Numbered from the stretch's first letter, positions 12,075-25,245 are shown. The stretch: 64,000 nucleotides of DNA from Octopus bimaculoides (GCF_001194135.2 NC_068996.1:12684678-12748677), one strand, 5' to 3'. The notes: generated by a model not told the origin, from the letters alone. Numbers and translations: made by a program.

Positions 12075-12382
12075 ACCACAGCACATACCCAAGGCGCACA
12101 GAGCTGCGCTCAGTAGTGAAGTGAAAGCACGTTATAAAAATAAACCTACTGAACAATAATAATAATAATAATAATCCTTTCTACAATAAGAATATGGCCG
12201 GAAATTTTGGTGTAAAAAAAAATTAGGCTGTTACATCGATTATAGTATTTGGCTGGTACTTATTTCACTGATCCTGAAAGGATGATAAGTGACCTCGGCA
12301 GAGAACTCAGAACATTAATATGGACGAAATGCCGCTAAACATTTTGTCCTATGTGCTAATGATTCTGTCAGCTTGCTTCCTT
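11751..12382 (-). mobile_element. Two SINE family B copies around an (AAT)n tract and a Dong 3' end
   Basis: SINE B at 11751-11967 and 12173-12382; (AAT/GAT)n at 11968-12073. Confidence 0.85.
12074..12153 (+). mobile_element. Extremely 5'-truncated Dong 3' UTR (about 80 bp)
   Basis: Nearly identical to the reverse complement of 63755-63830; contains a gcgca-cagagc-tgcgc stem-loop; embedded in (AAT)n. Confidence 0.88.
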
Positions 12383-14852
12383 AAACAGTAATAATAACAA
12401 TAATGGAAAAACCCCAGTTAATCTTCATTATCTTTTTCTGTCTATAGGTCAGTCAATCATAGCTGTTTAGTTTGACAATAGCTTCTAACACACCTAGTGC
12501 TCATTTCCATAATTATTAAAATGCCATACAAATGAGTATAATTAGAGCGCTTTAGATTTTGAAGAAATAACTGAAAACTTCCTTCCCTCCCTTCACTTCT
12601 GTCTGTAGCAGATATTGATTGTTTCTGGAGGATTTTTTTTTTTGTGTGTTTTTTCTTGTAACTTTTGTCTAAATTTTGAAAACGGCGAAAATATTTAAAT
12701 AAATTATAAATAAAAAGTACCCTCACAACATCTCCTTCTCCTCCTTCTAGCTCTCTCCACTTGCAACATATTCCTTTTTCCCCTCCATCTTCTGCTCTCA
12801 CAATCTGAAGAACTTAACCACCCACTTTCCCTAGCCAATCCTTGGTTGCATGTACACACCTCCCTGTAACTTGGGTGTGTGCCACATCACATCTTCACCA
12901 TTATATCTCTCCCCCTATCTCTTTCTCTCTCTCTTTCTTTCTCCTCCCTCTCTCCACTCTCACTCTCTTTCTCTTCTACTGAGGTAGTCATGTATCTCTT
13001 CTACTGCTAGACACTTATTTCTGTCCCTCTATACATACCTTAACCTCACTTCAGCTGGTACAAAAGCCATCTCCCTCAATACTGCTCCCCCACTCATTTG
13101 AAGGGTCTTGTCTTCCAAGTTTCTTGGTGACCTCACTGGTGCTGGTGCCTCATAAAAAGTACCCAGTCCACTCTGTAAAGTGGTTGGTGTTAGGAAGAGC
13201 ATCCAATTATAGAAATATGCCAAAAGTGCTTTCCTAAATGAACTTGCACTTCATTTTAATGGCTCCAAAGAAGCTATAAGGTTACACAAGTATTCAGCTC
13301 TAAGTATACTGCATCTTGTTGCAGAAAAAAGTTGTAAGTTAATGAAGTTATTTGCATAATTTCCTGTTCTGGTAGGGTTTGGTCAGGTATGGGGGCATGT
13401 GCTACTGCAGCACATTGTTTTTAACCTAGCTAGATCTGGCTTCTCACACCTATCCTTACAATGTTATGCTAGAAATAAATAATTATATCAATGAAATCTT
13501 GAAGCAACAAGATAGTGCATGATTGATAATTAAAAACAATGTGGGTGAAATAGAGTGAAATTGCTCAAGTGGGTGAAATTAAGTGGTTATTGTCCAGCTT
13601 AATCTCTTACTTTTGGGTTCACCAAAATGTCTGTTTGATTATTGTCAACACTAAACTTCAATCACTTCAATAAGTAGCTAACTTCAGTTTATCCCTTGCA
13701 CATATGATCAGATTAGATACTTGACGCTTCAGTCTGAATACTAAAGGGCTGAGAATTATGAATGTCAGTTATAAGTTAGTTAAATTGCATGAATTTTTAT
13801 CTGGTTTCCTTTCCGGGTTGTTATTTAGATTAATCATACTGATAAACCCTCATCAAAGAGATATCTGATCAAAGCTATTCACACCATGACTAATCTGTCT
13901 TTTACATATGTAATCCTACATTGTAGGTATACATACATGGCAAATTTAACTACTTGAAAAAAAAAAAAAATGATGACAAACCTTAATTGATTTTCAAATG
14001 TTATTGGTTTCTCATCAGAAGTGTTTACATCACTTTACCAATCCCAGACAAATAAGCAACTGATCTGTTTATATACTCAACAAATCCAGTAACTCCTCAG
14101 AAATGAGTATTTAATGCTTATTTAATATCGGGGGCCTCCCAACAGGGAATACAAGTACACAAATTATCATGGTATGATGAATGTAACCTATTTAACCTGT
14201 TATATAAACGGAACAAATTTTAACTATTTCTCATAGAATGAAAAAAAATGACAATACATATTTCATATGCTACTACATTATGTAATGTCTCTTTGTTTTA
14301 TTTAAGGATGTTATATGAGAGAGTTGATTAATGTTTTCTAGCAAGTTGGATGTAAGCTAATCTGTTGGCATTCCTGTTATTAGTGGCTGCGATTCCATGC
14401 TGTTCTGTAATATAATACATGTGGATCCAATTTTAAAAATAGTCGGCATTTTGTTAAAGAAGATTTGGTATCTATTTTTAGCAAATTGATTTAGCAGCTA
14501 TTGATCTGTTGGTGAACAATAAAATAAGAATTAAGAATTAATGTAGTTTAAATGTGAACAGAGTAGGAGATTACCCAGGTAAAATGCAGACAGTATGACT
14601 GCATTAGAGAGAGAGAGAGAGAGAAAGATAGAGAAGAAGAAGAATATTAATTGATTTACGATTTTAATAGCTGTTCATTTGTCATTTGTTATTCTTAATA
14701 CAACAACAGGGTCATGTCACTGGAGAAGATACATAACTCTTGTTTTAATTAAACAACAAAGGGTTAAATTTGTCTGCAAGCTCAACTCTTCTCATTTGTT
14801 GAAGATTGTGTTGAAATCATTGGAAGGATTTGCTAGTTTTCTACATGATTTA

Positions 14853-15695
14853 CAAGGTGTATTCCAGAAATTTTGAGACTTCTTTAGGGAAGGCAATTAT
14901 AATTATCCTAGATTATTGTTATTTTAGTATGTCTTTATTATACATCTAATAAGCTGACCTGCCTACCTTCGTTATTCCAGATTGATAGAGACAGCTGTAA
15001 CAATACTTTGAACACATACACTATTAAACATTGATTGCCACAGCTGATTAATTTGCAGATTGCAGTCAGGATGTTTGGAAGCTTGTGATACAAAAAACGT
15101 TTTTTGTTAAACTGGGCAAAAATATTAGAGAAACTTATGAAATGCTCCAGACTGCTTATAGATTAACTTGTATGAGTCAAGCATCTACTTTTCGCTGGTA
15201 CAATAGGTCCTCTAAGAAGCACATGATGATCCCCTTTTTTGACAGCAAGGCTGTCATCTATATCCACATGGTTCTTTCTGGTCAGATGGTCAATAAGGAT
15301 TATTTTGTGGAGGTTTTGAGGGAATTCAAGAAGAGATTTCATTGCAAAAGTCCAGAGCTCTTCGTCTTGAGTCAGTGGTACCTACACCAGACCACAGTTC
15401 CATCCTGATAACCAACTACTTGACAGAAATTGGGCATCAAAACTATCCCTCACACTCCCTACAATCCAGACCTTGCTCCCTTTGACCTTTGGTTGTTTCT
15501 CAAGCTAAAGAGAAGACAAAGGAGACTGTAGTAAGTTTCTGGACACTGGACTTCCACAGGGTCTTGATGAAGTGGCTGGATCACTTTGACAAGTGCACTG
15601 AAGTCAGAAGATCCTACTTTGAAGGAGATTATACTTCTTTGAAAGTAGGGAATGGCTCTTCTGTAAAAGTCTCAAAACTTCTGAAATACACCTTG
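14853..15695 (+). mobile_element. Non-autonomous mariner, 843 bp
   Basis: TA TSDs at 14851-14852 and 15696-15697; 25-bp TIR caaggtgtatt(c/t)cagaa(a/g)ttttgag. ORF FFVKLGKNIRETYEML...FRWY fused to MMIPFFDSK; HTPYNPDLAPFDLW downstream. Confidence 0.93.
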
Positions 15696-15817
15696 TATAA
15701 GAATCACTCATTTTATGATTGATTCAAATCTTATACACATGAGTGATATCCTGAAAGATAGCCATTAATCAGTTGTATGAGCTGGTAGCTTTTCTGTGTT
15801 TTAACAAATTCATTTAA

Positions 15818-16309
15818 CCATTTTGATGCTAACCTGCCTGAGGCTGCACCAGGTTCTTTGGTACAAGCTTCCTGCTTTAAAGTGATTTAAATTAAAACCA
15901 TCCATCAAAATTTCGTGTTTGGAACACCAGCTTAATAATAATGAGGTTATTTTACTAAATTTTTCATATTTTCAAAATTAATTAAAACAAAGGTAGTGTA
16001 CTTCAAGAGAAATATGGTAACAAAAGTGTTAAAGAGATCTAAATTAAAACCATATTTCAAAATTTCATGATAATTTATGTTTCAAACTCCAACTTAATAA
16101 TGACAGAATTATTTCACTAAATTCTTCATTATTTTCTAAATTAATTGTAACAAAAGCAGTGTATTTCTGAAATATGGTAATAAAGTGATCTAAATTAAAA
16201 ACCTTCCATCAAAATTCTATGCTAATTTGTTTTACTAAATTCTTTATTATTTTCAAGATTAACTGAAATAAAAACAGTGTATTTTAAGATAAATCCAGTA
16301 ACAAAATGG
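15818..16309. mobile_element. TTAA-flanked piggyBac-type MITE with three internal tandem units
   Basis: TTAA at 15814-15817 and 16310-16313; termini ccattttg(a/t)t; three units each containing taaattaaaacc...caaaatt...actaaatt...agtgta...gtaa(c/t)aaa. Confidence 0.75.
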
Positions 16310-16614
16310 TTAAAGACTTTATGTATTCAAGAGCTGAAATACATGCCATCTCGACTCTTACCACACTTGACCTAGCAGAGCAACGAGGATGTGACGGCTG
16401 ACAGGAGAGAAAGTTGGACTGGTTCTAAGAAAATGTACGGAAAAGGAAGTGTTCCCTTATTGCTTGTCCTTTAGAAAAGAACAGTTCTCATTCAAGTCAG
16501 ATCCCACTGTCTTAGAAAAAAAAAGGAAGGACATCCAGTTATATTTTTCTAGATACTGTTGAAGAAGAATGGAAAATCATAGTCTTTTATTATGTATTTT
16601 ATTTGAAAACATCA

Positions 16615-17012
16615 TAATTCTTTGTTATAGGCACAAGGCCAGGTAATTTCTGGGGAGGTGGGTAGTTCATTACATCCACTCCAGTATTTGACTGGTACTT
16701 ATTTTATCAATCCCAGGAAGATGGAATGCAAAGTCAACTTTGATTGAATTTGAACCAAACATTTTGTCCATCATGCTAATAATAATAAATTAAAGATAAT
16801 AAAGGTTTCAAATTTTAGCTCAAGGCCAGCAATTTTGTGGGAGGAATGAGTCAATTACATTGACCCCAGTGTTCAACTGGTACTTATTTTATCGACCTCA
16901 AAAGGATGAAAGTCAAAGTTGACTTTGGTTGTGTTTGAACTTAGGATGTGAAGAAAGGTGAAATGCCATGAAATATTTTGTCCAGTGTACTAATGATTCT
17001 ACCAGTTTACCA
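16615..17012 (-). mobile_element. Two tandem SINE family B copies
   Basis: Same core (gtacttattttatc...aggatg...gtcaact/gttgactttg...tttgaac); separated by (aat)n. Confidence 0.8.
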
Positions 17013-17154
17013 TTAAAATGGCAAACTGGTAGGAGATAGAGTTGAGGGGAATACTGCAAGTGGTGAACAAGGATGGGGGTGGGGCAGATAGTTAGGGAAA
17101 TGGGTTATGGGTGAGGGGGTTTGTCAGGGAGCAGCTCTGGCACCCATTCATTTA

Positions 17155-17365
17155 CAGGGTGTCCACAAAGTACTCCACATGGAGTGAATAAAATCATAGC
17201 ATAAACAATTAAATATAAAAAATAATAATTTCTTAAAGTATATGTTAATCCCCATGTGGGTACATGGAGTAAATAAAATTATAACATAAACAATTAAATA
17301 TAAAAAATAATAATTTCTTAAAGTATGTGTTAATCCCCATGTACCCAGACTTTGTGGACACCCTG
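17155..17365. mobile_element. Tc1/mariner-type MITE, 211 bp
   Basis: Perfect 17-bp TIR CAGGGTGTCCACAAAGT, TA on both sides; the interior is two tandem copies of an about 85-bp unit. Confidence 0.92.
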
Positions 17366-17570
17366 TATAATGGCTGTGGGGGTAAGAAGGTTGTTACCCA
17401 GCCACATGGTTCTGGACTTGGTTCCACTGCATGGCATTTTGAGCAAGTAGCTTTTCTACAGCTACAGTTTTAGTATGTGGTTGTTTGATCAAAAGCCATT
17501 TTGATTGGCACACTTTCGTTTCTGCCTGAAACAAAATTAAGTGCTCAATGTCTAGGTTAACCTCTTACTT

Positions 17571-18831
17571 TTGGGTTGGCCAAAATATCTGTTTTGTGTT
17601 TTTCAACACTAAACTTGAAGCATTTCAGTAAGTAGTTAACTTCAGTCTGTCCCTTGCACATTTGCTCTGGTTAGATACTTGATGCTTCAATGTATTTCAA
17701 TGCAAACTTGTAATGAGACAGGTAGTATTTTGTGTACTTGATATGATCCTGAAAAGAGAACCAAAATGAACATTAGCAGCACCTCATTTTTTTTTTTATT
17801 TAAAAAAAAAAAAAGACAAGAAGGTAGTGTAAATCTACAGGGGGATATGTACTGTATACAAGGAGTGTGTTGTTCCAGAATGTGTATGCCAGAAGTTGTT
17901 TTTAAAATTTTGATTGGGAAATTTTTTGGTTCAAGATGCACCTCACTCTGGTTGGTCATCTGAGATTCACAGACACCATTCCCCATTATATGCTTAGGAT
18001 GAACACAGATATTCTTCAAGTATCCAAGTTGAGTGTTGACAACCATCTGCATCAGCTTGGTTATGCCAGCAGACTTGATTTTTGGGTTCCACATCAATTG
18101 AATGAGGGGAACATGGTTCGACAAATGTCTTTCTGTGATTTGTTGTAGATGCATAAAGGACATTATCTTCTTTTGAAGAAACTTATGACAGGACACAGAA
18201 AAGGGATCGTCTTTAGCAATGTGAAACATATGCAATCATGAGGGAGGCACAGTGAATTACCACAAATATGACTTCATTCAAAGAAGGTTATGTTTTCAGT
18301 TTGGTGGAATTGGAAGGGTGCTATCTCTTACAAACCTCTTCACATGGACAAGACCATCAGTTTGATGTGTTCTGTGGCCAGCTGGATAAATTAAAAGCAG
18401 GGATCCACTAGGAGTGTCCAGTACATGCTAATCATAAGGACATTGTCTTCCATCACAATAATGTCAAACTTGCATATTTCTTTGCAGACATGGTAGAAGT
18501 TACTAGGGCTCAGCTGGGAAGTTTTGCTGCTCTTTCCATATTCACCCAGCTGTGCACCTTCAAATTCCCACCTGCTTCAGTCTCTTTAAATTTCATTGAA
18601 CGGACAGACTTTCCGCTCAGAAGATGATGTAAAAATTCACCTGACAGAAGTTTTGCCACTAAAGAAAGGAAATTCTTTGAGTAGAGAATATTAATTGATC
18701 TGCCCACAACATAGCAGAAGATACTGGAATGAAACAGTAATTATATCATTAATTGACTAAATCACTTTGTATTTAAAACTTATGTCTTATTTGTGCTTAA
18801 AAAAACTGAACAGTCTTTTTGGCCAACCCTA
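17571..18831 (+). mobile_element. Full-length degenerate mariner (about 1.26 kb)
   Basis: TIRs gggttggccaaaa... / ...ttttggccaaccc; transposase remnants HLHQLGYASRLDFWVPHQL (WVPHEL motif) and VWWNWKG. Many stops. Confidence 0.88.
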
Positions 18832-18844
18832 TAGAGTTTATCAA

Positions 18845-19052
18845 CCCTTTAATATTCAGATTACTCTGTCAAATGTAATGCTTATTTACTCACATTATTT
18901 TGAATTAATCATGCATTATCTTGTAGGTGTATGTGACTGTTTATTTTTAAATTGACATTGTAGGGTAGGTATGAGAGGCTGGATCTGACCAGTTTGAACA
19001 TGAAATAGGTAGAATGTTTAGGCCGGATATGGTCAGTTTAATTGCTGAAGGG
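18845..19052. mobile_element. piggyBac-type MITE family, 208 bp
   Basis: (T/C)TAA-CCCTTT...AAGGG-TTAA termini; reverse-complement copies at about 39395-39626 and 48700-48894, and a fragment at about 13420-13545. Confidence 0.8.
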
Positions 19053-19419
19053 TTAAAGGCAATCAGGGGCCAGTAGGGTTGTTAGTTTTATATCACAAAC
19101 AGACTCGTTAGGATAAATGTACAAATGTTAGTTCTACCACCCAAATGTTGGTCATACTGATGATAACAATGATTATTGGTGGTGTTGGTGGTGGTGAGGT
19201 TCTTATTAATGTTGATACTAATTTCTTCATGACCTCGTTATTAAATTATCTTGTTCTCTCAGATGAAGTACTGCTATTTGATAAGATAAAGGCAACAGTA
19301 ACTTAAGTAGAATGTCTTCATATTCATATATATATATATATATACATATATAAACACTTATACATATTTAAACACATACACAAGTCTATGAACATAACAT
19401 ACACAAACACACACAAACA

Positions 19420-19800
19420 GGTGCAGCAGAGGCTGTATGATAAGGGGTTTGCTTCCCAATCACATGGTTCTGTGTTCAGTTCCACTGCATGGCACCTTGG
19501 GCAAGTGTTTTCTACTATCGCCTCGGGCCAACAAAAGCCTTGTGAATGAATTTGATTGTTGAAGAAGTTCATCATACACAGACACATATATGTCTATATG
19601 TGGGTGTATTTGTGTTTGTCCCCTCCCACTGCTTGACAATTGTTGTTGGTTTCATTATGTCCCTGTAATTTAGCGGTTGAGCTGAAGAAACTGATAGAAT
19701 AAGTACCAGACTTAAAAAATAAAGTACTGGGGTTGACTAAAACTCTTCAGGGTGGAGCCGCAGCATGGCTGCAGTGCAGTGGCTGAAACAACTACAAGTT
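19420..19800 (+). mobile_element. SINE family A, diverged copy
   Basis: Head, gttcagttccactgcatggcaccttgggcaagtg core, and family 3' half. Confidence 0.8.
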
Positions 19801-19851
19801 AAATGATATGTGTGTGTGTGTGTGCTCACACACACACACGCACACACGCAT

Positions 19852-19886
<35 letters not shown>

Positions 19887-21339
19887 CAATCTTTATATCC
19901 AACTTTATGTGGCTATCTTGTTGGAACACTGAATACTGTTGTGTTACAAACCTTGAGAGATCCTCTCATATAGGCATTTGGTGCATAAAAGCACATATAT
20001 AGATTGTAACAGACGAGAATCATCTGCTGCGGGTATCAGGATTCCCACATCACGTGATTTTGTTTTATTGGAAATCCTCAGTGGGAGGCACCTGGTCACT
20101 GCATGTCAGTCAAATCTCACTATTATGATGTATAGAATATCAGGAACTTTTTAGACTCTGATGTCACAAATAACCAGCAGGCTTATTTAAAATTTAATTA
20201 TTAGTGATGGGAGCAATGTTAATACTAAAACGTTATCTTTATATCCAACTTGGTAGGATCTCTCAAGGCTAACAACACAGTATTGGGTGTTCTAACAAGA
20301 CATCTATGTTAAGTTGTATATAAAGACCACATTTTGATATTAATACTGCTTCCACCACTAATAATTAGGTTAAAAAGTATGATAGAGAGATAGAGATAGT
20401 TGTCTTGCTGTGGTAGAGATTCATGGATGCATCAGTTGGGAAGATTTTATTATATATGTGTATTGTTGGATTATTGTCATCATTATTTAATGTCCTCCTT
20501 CCATGCTGGCATGGATTGGATAGTTTGACAAGAGCTGGCCAGGCAGAAGACAGTGCCACGTTCTACTGTCTGTTTTGGCATGGTTTCTTTAGCCAGATAC
20601 CTTTCGTAATGTAGAGTGTATTGGGTGTTTTTTATGTGGCACAAGCAGCAATGAGGGTGTCACCAAATAATTTACAAGACAAAATCCCTCATCTGAGGTG
20701 GGGGAGTGAAGAGTATAGAAGGAGGTTGCTTTGTGCTTGGTGATATGGGGTTAGAGTTTGAATAGAGGGACAGAAATAGATGTTTTGCAGTGGATGAGAT
20801 ATATATGGTTACTCCAGTTGGAGAGAAGAGAAAGAAAGAGAGTTGATGAAGATGTGATGGAGGGTACATTCATGTTACAGAGGGGTGTATATAAATGAAG
20901 TGGAGCCAAGAGTTGGATAGGGTGAATGGGTGGGTAGTTTGCAAGATTGTGAAAGGCGTATGGGAGATGGAGGGGAGACATAGGTAGAGGAAGGTTTATT
21001 AGGTGGATTCTGCCCTTAAGCAAGATACATATCACAGTTTACTTTTCATCTCAGTTAACCAGATAATAAATAACCTTTTAAAAAGATTGGTATTTGAGGA
21101 GCTAAGTTACTGTGGCATGATTGTTCAGGCCAGTAGTTTCTGACGATGGTGACATTACACCCTAGGGTGAAATGGTACCTCAGTTAAGGGTGTGATGAAT
21201 TTTGAAATTTAAATAACATAATTGACGAAAAATGTTAATAAGCGTGTCATGTACCTGAAACATAGGGAGATAAGGTGAGAAGGTCACAAAATGATTAGGT
21301 AAGACTGTTTTAGATTGTTGGAATTTTGCTTTGGCAAGC

Positions 21340-22148
21340 TGGAAGAATCATTTTGTACATGAGACAAAATGCTTAAAGGCATTTCTTCCAGCTTTAGGCT
21401 GCTGAGGTAGATTTTGCCTTTCATCCTTTCAGGGTCGATAAAATAAGTACCTATCGGGTACTGAGATCAATGTAATTGATTTACCCCATCCTTTAAAATT
21501 GCTGACTTTTGTGCCAAAATTTGAAATCATATTATTTATTATTATTGAGTGAGAGAGCAGCACATGTCATCAAAGTGACACTGGGGTACAAATATACGAA
21601 ACTCAATATACCAATCGTGACTACCCGTCTGATAAGGGTACACCAGGCACATGCATCACAACCAGATGTGTGTGACATGGTGATCTTATATTCAGGTGGG
21701 GCGCAGTTAGAATTTTCTTCACTAAGCATTTCGTCCAAATGATAATAATAGTAATAATAATAATTTCTACTAAAGGCACAAGGCCTGAAATTTTTAGGGA
21801 AGAGACTAGTTGATTACATTGACCCCAGCGTTTCACAGGTGCTTAATTTATTGACCCCAAAAGGATAGAAAGCATAGTCAACCTTCGTGGAATTTGAACT
21901 CAGTATGTAGCAGCAGACGAAATACCACTAAGCACTCTGCCAAAATAATAATAATCCTTTCTTCTATAGGTGCAAGGGCTGAATTTTAGGGCAGTGGGTT
22001 TATTGATTACATCAACTCCACTGCTTGACTGATACTTAAGGAGGAATGGTAAAACTGACCTCAATAGAATTTGAATGTGGAATGTAAAGCTGGAAAAAAT
22101 GGTGCTAAGCATTTCGTCCTGTATGCTAACAATTCTATCAACCTGCCT
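21340..22148. mobile_element. Cluster of SINE family B copies (one +, two -) and an unclassified insert
   Basis: + copy at about 21340-21530; - copies at about 21762-21942 and 21953-22148; (aat)n spacers. Confidence 0.75.
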
Positions 22149-22560
22149 CATAGAGGACTGTATAATTATTGGTTGCTTGGTTACAAAAACACTTTTCTAG
22201 GACACCTCTGAAGATTGATCACAAAACTTCATGATTGTAAAGAAAACAGGTTCATAATCACTCGGTGAAGCCTACACCCGAGGGAGGATTTGGTTGCTAT
22301 AACTAGCAGGTTGCACAAGCAATCATATTGAGTGTAAGATGTTGGCTGTGCCACAAAGTAAATAGATTAGGTTTATTGTGATAACAGCTCTAGAAATGCT
22401 GATATTCTTGATTAAGAATCTTATCAGCTCACCTCTTCAGTTTTATTTAACCATTGGTTGAGCTAATTTTAAATATAAACACATACAAACATACATATAT
22501 ACACATACATGTATAAAGTACATGTATATATATGTATATGTATATATTTAATATATTATG

Positions 22561-22563
<3 letters not shown>

Positions 22564-22614
<51 letters not shown>
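22564..22614 (+). repeat. (AC)n microsatellite
   Basis: About 25 perfect AC units. Confidence 0.98.
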
Positions 22615-22628
<14 letters not shown>

Positions 22629-23529
22629 ATATGTATATATTTAATACACATTATGAAAGAGCTACTAATAGTTTCATGCTTTTATGATACTTTAAGTAGG
22701 CATAGTTGTAAAATACGCCATGTTTCTCCAAGCAATCCTTCAGGCTCTATTTATGCATTAGATATATATTAAAATCTAGGATACTGGACAGTGAGAAAAT
22801 GAGATAATGAAAACAAGAAGAAAAGAGAGAAAGCAAAAAAAAACCCCAAAAAACCCAAGATCCCTGTCCTCTTCTGATTGTAGAAATCACAACTGACACA
22901 ATAACAGAAACTATGTGAAAGTCTGTGAGACAGCAACTCACTCCTGAATGAAACTTGTCCATGTGTTTGCACCTGCTAAAAATTTCAGCTCTGGAATTAT
23001 TTAGTGTGTTGGAATTCTTGGGTCTAAAAAGAATATGAGATGTTTCTGCTATGCATAAGCTGCATTTCTTAGATCCTAAATCTCACAGTAGTAGTAGATC
23101 AAAACTCTGTAACAAGGCTCTACTTCATTCTCTGGTTGGCTGCCATTCATGTGCATATGTGCATCTATTTTTGAAACAGGTGTAAGAGACTATCTGCACA
23201 ACTTCTTACTTCCTTTCCATTATGATCTATGCACTTGTAACAACTCAACTATTATGTTTAAGTATATAAATGGCATGAGCTAACCTGATGATGGTTGTTT
23301 TGCTGGTCATACTTTTATTTTGCGCAATCACACATACACAGCATCTAGTACTCTCTGTAAAGTAGTTGGCATCAAGAAGAGAATCCAGCCATAGACACCA
23401 TGCCAAAGATGAAATTAGATCCTGATGCAGCTCTGCTGTATGCCAGTTCTCTGTCAAACTGTTTAACCTATGCTGAGGTTAAATGATGATGAAGATGACA
23501 GTGACAATATATATATATAAAAAACGATA

Positions 23530-23802
23530 AACGTCGCCCTTTCCCGGTTTCTATGACGTATGTGTTCCCCCCAGCTGGACGGGACATCAGTCCATTGCAG
23601 CGTTACTCAAGTAACAGGAAGAAAGAGTGAGAGAAAGTTGGGGCGAAAGAGTACAGCAGGGGTCGCCACCACCCCCTGCCGGAGCCTCGTGGAGCTTTGG
23701 TGTTTTCACTCAATAAACACTCACAACGCCCGGTCTGGGAATTGAAACTGCAATCCTCCGACTGCGAGTCCACTGCCCTAACCACTGGGCTATTGCACCT
23801 CC
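23530..23802 (-). mobile_element. Chimeric SINE: family D head plus family E 3' part
   Basis: 23611-23802 matches the reverse-strand head of 24379-24754; 23530-23610 matches the reverse complement of about 26064-26135. Confidence 0.75.
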
Positions 23803-24378
23803 ACATATATATATATGTACGTATGTATGTATGTTTCACTGGTTTTATTCATTACACTGTGGTCATACTGGGGCACCACCTTGAAGAATATTTGTCAAAT
23901 GAATTGACCTCAGTACTTACTTACTTTTTATGAAGCTTGGTACTTATGTTATCACTCTCTTCTGCTGCAAAACTGCTGGGTTACAGGAATGTTAACACAC
24001 CAATACCGGTTGTCACTTTGTGGTGGGGGGACAAACACATACATAAAGACACACACGTACAGTGATTATTCCATTTTCACAGATAATTGCCATCTCCTTA
24101 CATTTCCTCATTGTCAATGGCATTTCTGACTTTCCATCCATGACCTCTCGGATGAGTTTTCATCTTGCTGTGGATGGGCATGTTTTGAATCATAGGTGAC
24201 AGATGAAAGTTGTAACTAATCGTGTGTTTCCAGCTGATCACTTCCATGGCCATAAAACATTCAGTAGATGGAATGACAAATAAGGTGACTGCCAAGAGAC
24301 ATGTGTATATCAATGGATTATAGTGATAAATGCTTATCACAAAATGCTAATCACAGGGACTCATAGAGTGATATATAT

Positions 24379-24754
24379 GTTGTTATTGTTGGCACTCCGG
24401 TGCTTACGACATTGATGGTTCCAGTTGATCCAATCAACGGAACAGCCTGCTCATGAAATTAACTTACAAGTAGCTGAGCACTCCACAGACACGTGTACCC
24501 TTAACGTAGTTCTCGGGGATATTCAGCGTGACACAGCGTGACAAGGCTGGCCCTTTGAATTACAGGTACAATAGAAACAGGAAGTAAGAGTGAGAGAAAG
24601 TTGTGGTGAAAGAGTACAGCAGGGTTCGCCACCATCCCCTGCTGGAGCCTCGTGTTTTCGCTCGATAAACACTCACAACGCCCGGTCTGGGAATCAAAAC
24701 TGCAATCCTACGACCGCGAGTCCGCTGCCCTAACCACTGGGCCATTGCGCCTCC
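24379..24754 (-). mobile_element. tRNA-type SINE family D, full length, (CAA)n-like tail
   Basis: Head ggaggcgcaatggcccagtggttagggcagcggactcgcgg (A box TGGCCCAGTGG), degenerate B box, tail ...gccaacaataacaac. Confidence 0.82.
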
Positions 24755-25160
24755 GATATATATGTATATATATATACTTACATGCATAGACTTATATACA
24801 TCCTTCTTTTCACCATCAAGTATCAAGTGCTTACTATGGGTTTCTTGTAGTGTTGGTGGGTGGGTGGGTGGATAGGGAATATAAATAGGTGACTACCAGA
24901 ACACTGACTTGTCTGCTAGATAAAGACAAAGTATACCACACCTGTCTGAGTGCTTGGAATGTAAAGAGTAAGAAGAAATAGTACAGCTTGTCTTGTCTGC
25001 CATGCTAAAGATTTTGCCAAATTGGTGTTCATTCTACAAATTCACTGTCTCACAGAACACAAACACTTCCTAAATTTACAGAAGATATCTCTGCCTTGCT
25101 GTATGTGTGTGTGTGTGTACATAGATAGCCATACATATATACATACATTCACATGTATAT

Positions 25161-25170
<10 letters not shown>

Positions 25171-25239
<69 letters not shown>
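25171..25239 (+). repeat. (AT)n microsatellite
   Basis: About 34 AT units. Confidence 0.98.

Positions 25240-25245
<6 letters not shown>

Noticed and set aside
17687-18235. 182-aa minus-strand ORF
   Set aside because: Antisense to the degenerate mariner transposase; no independent evidence.
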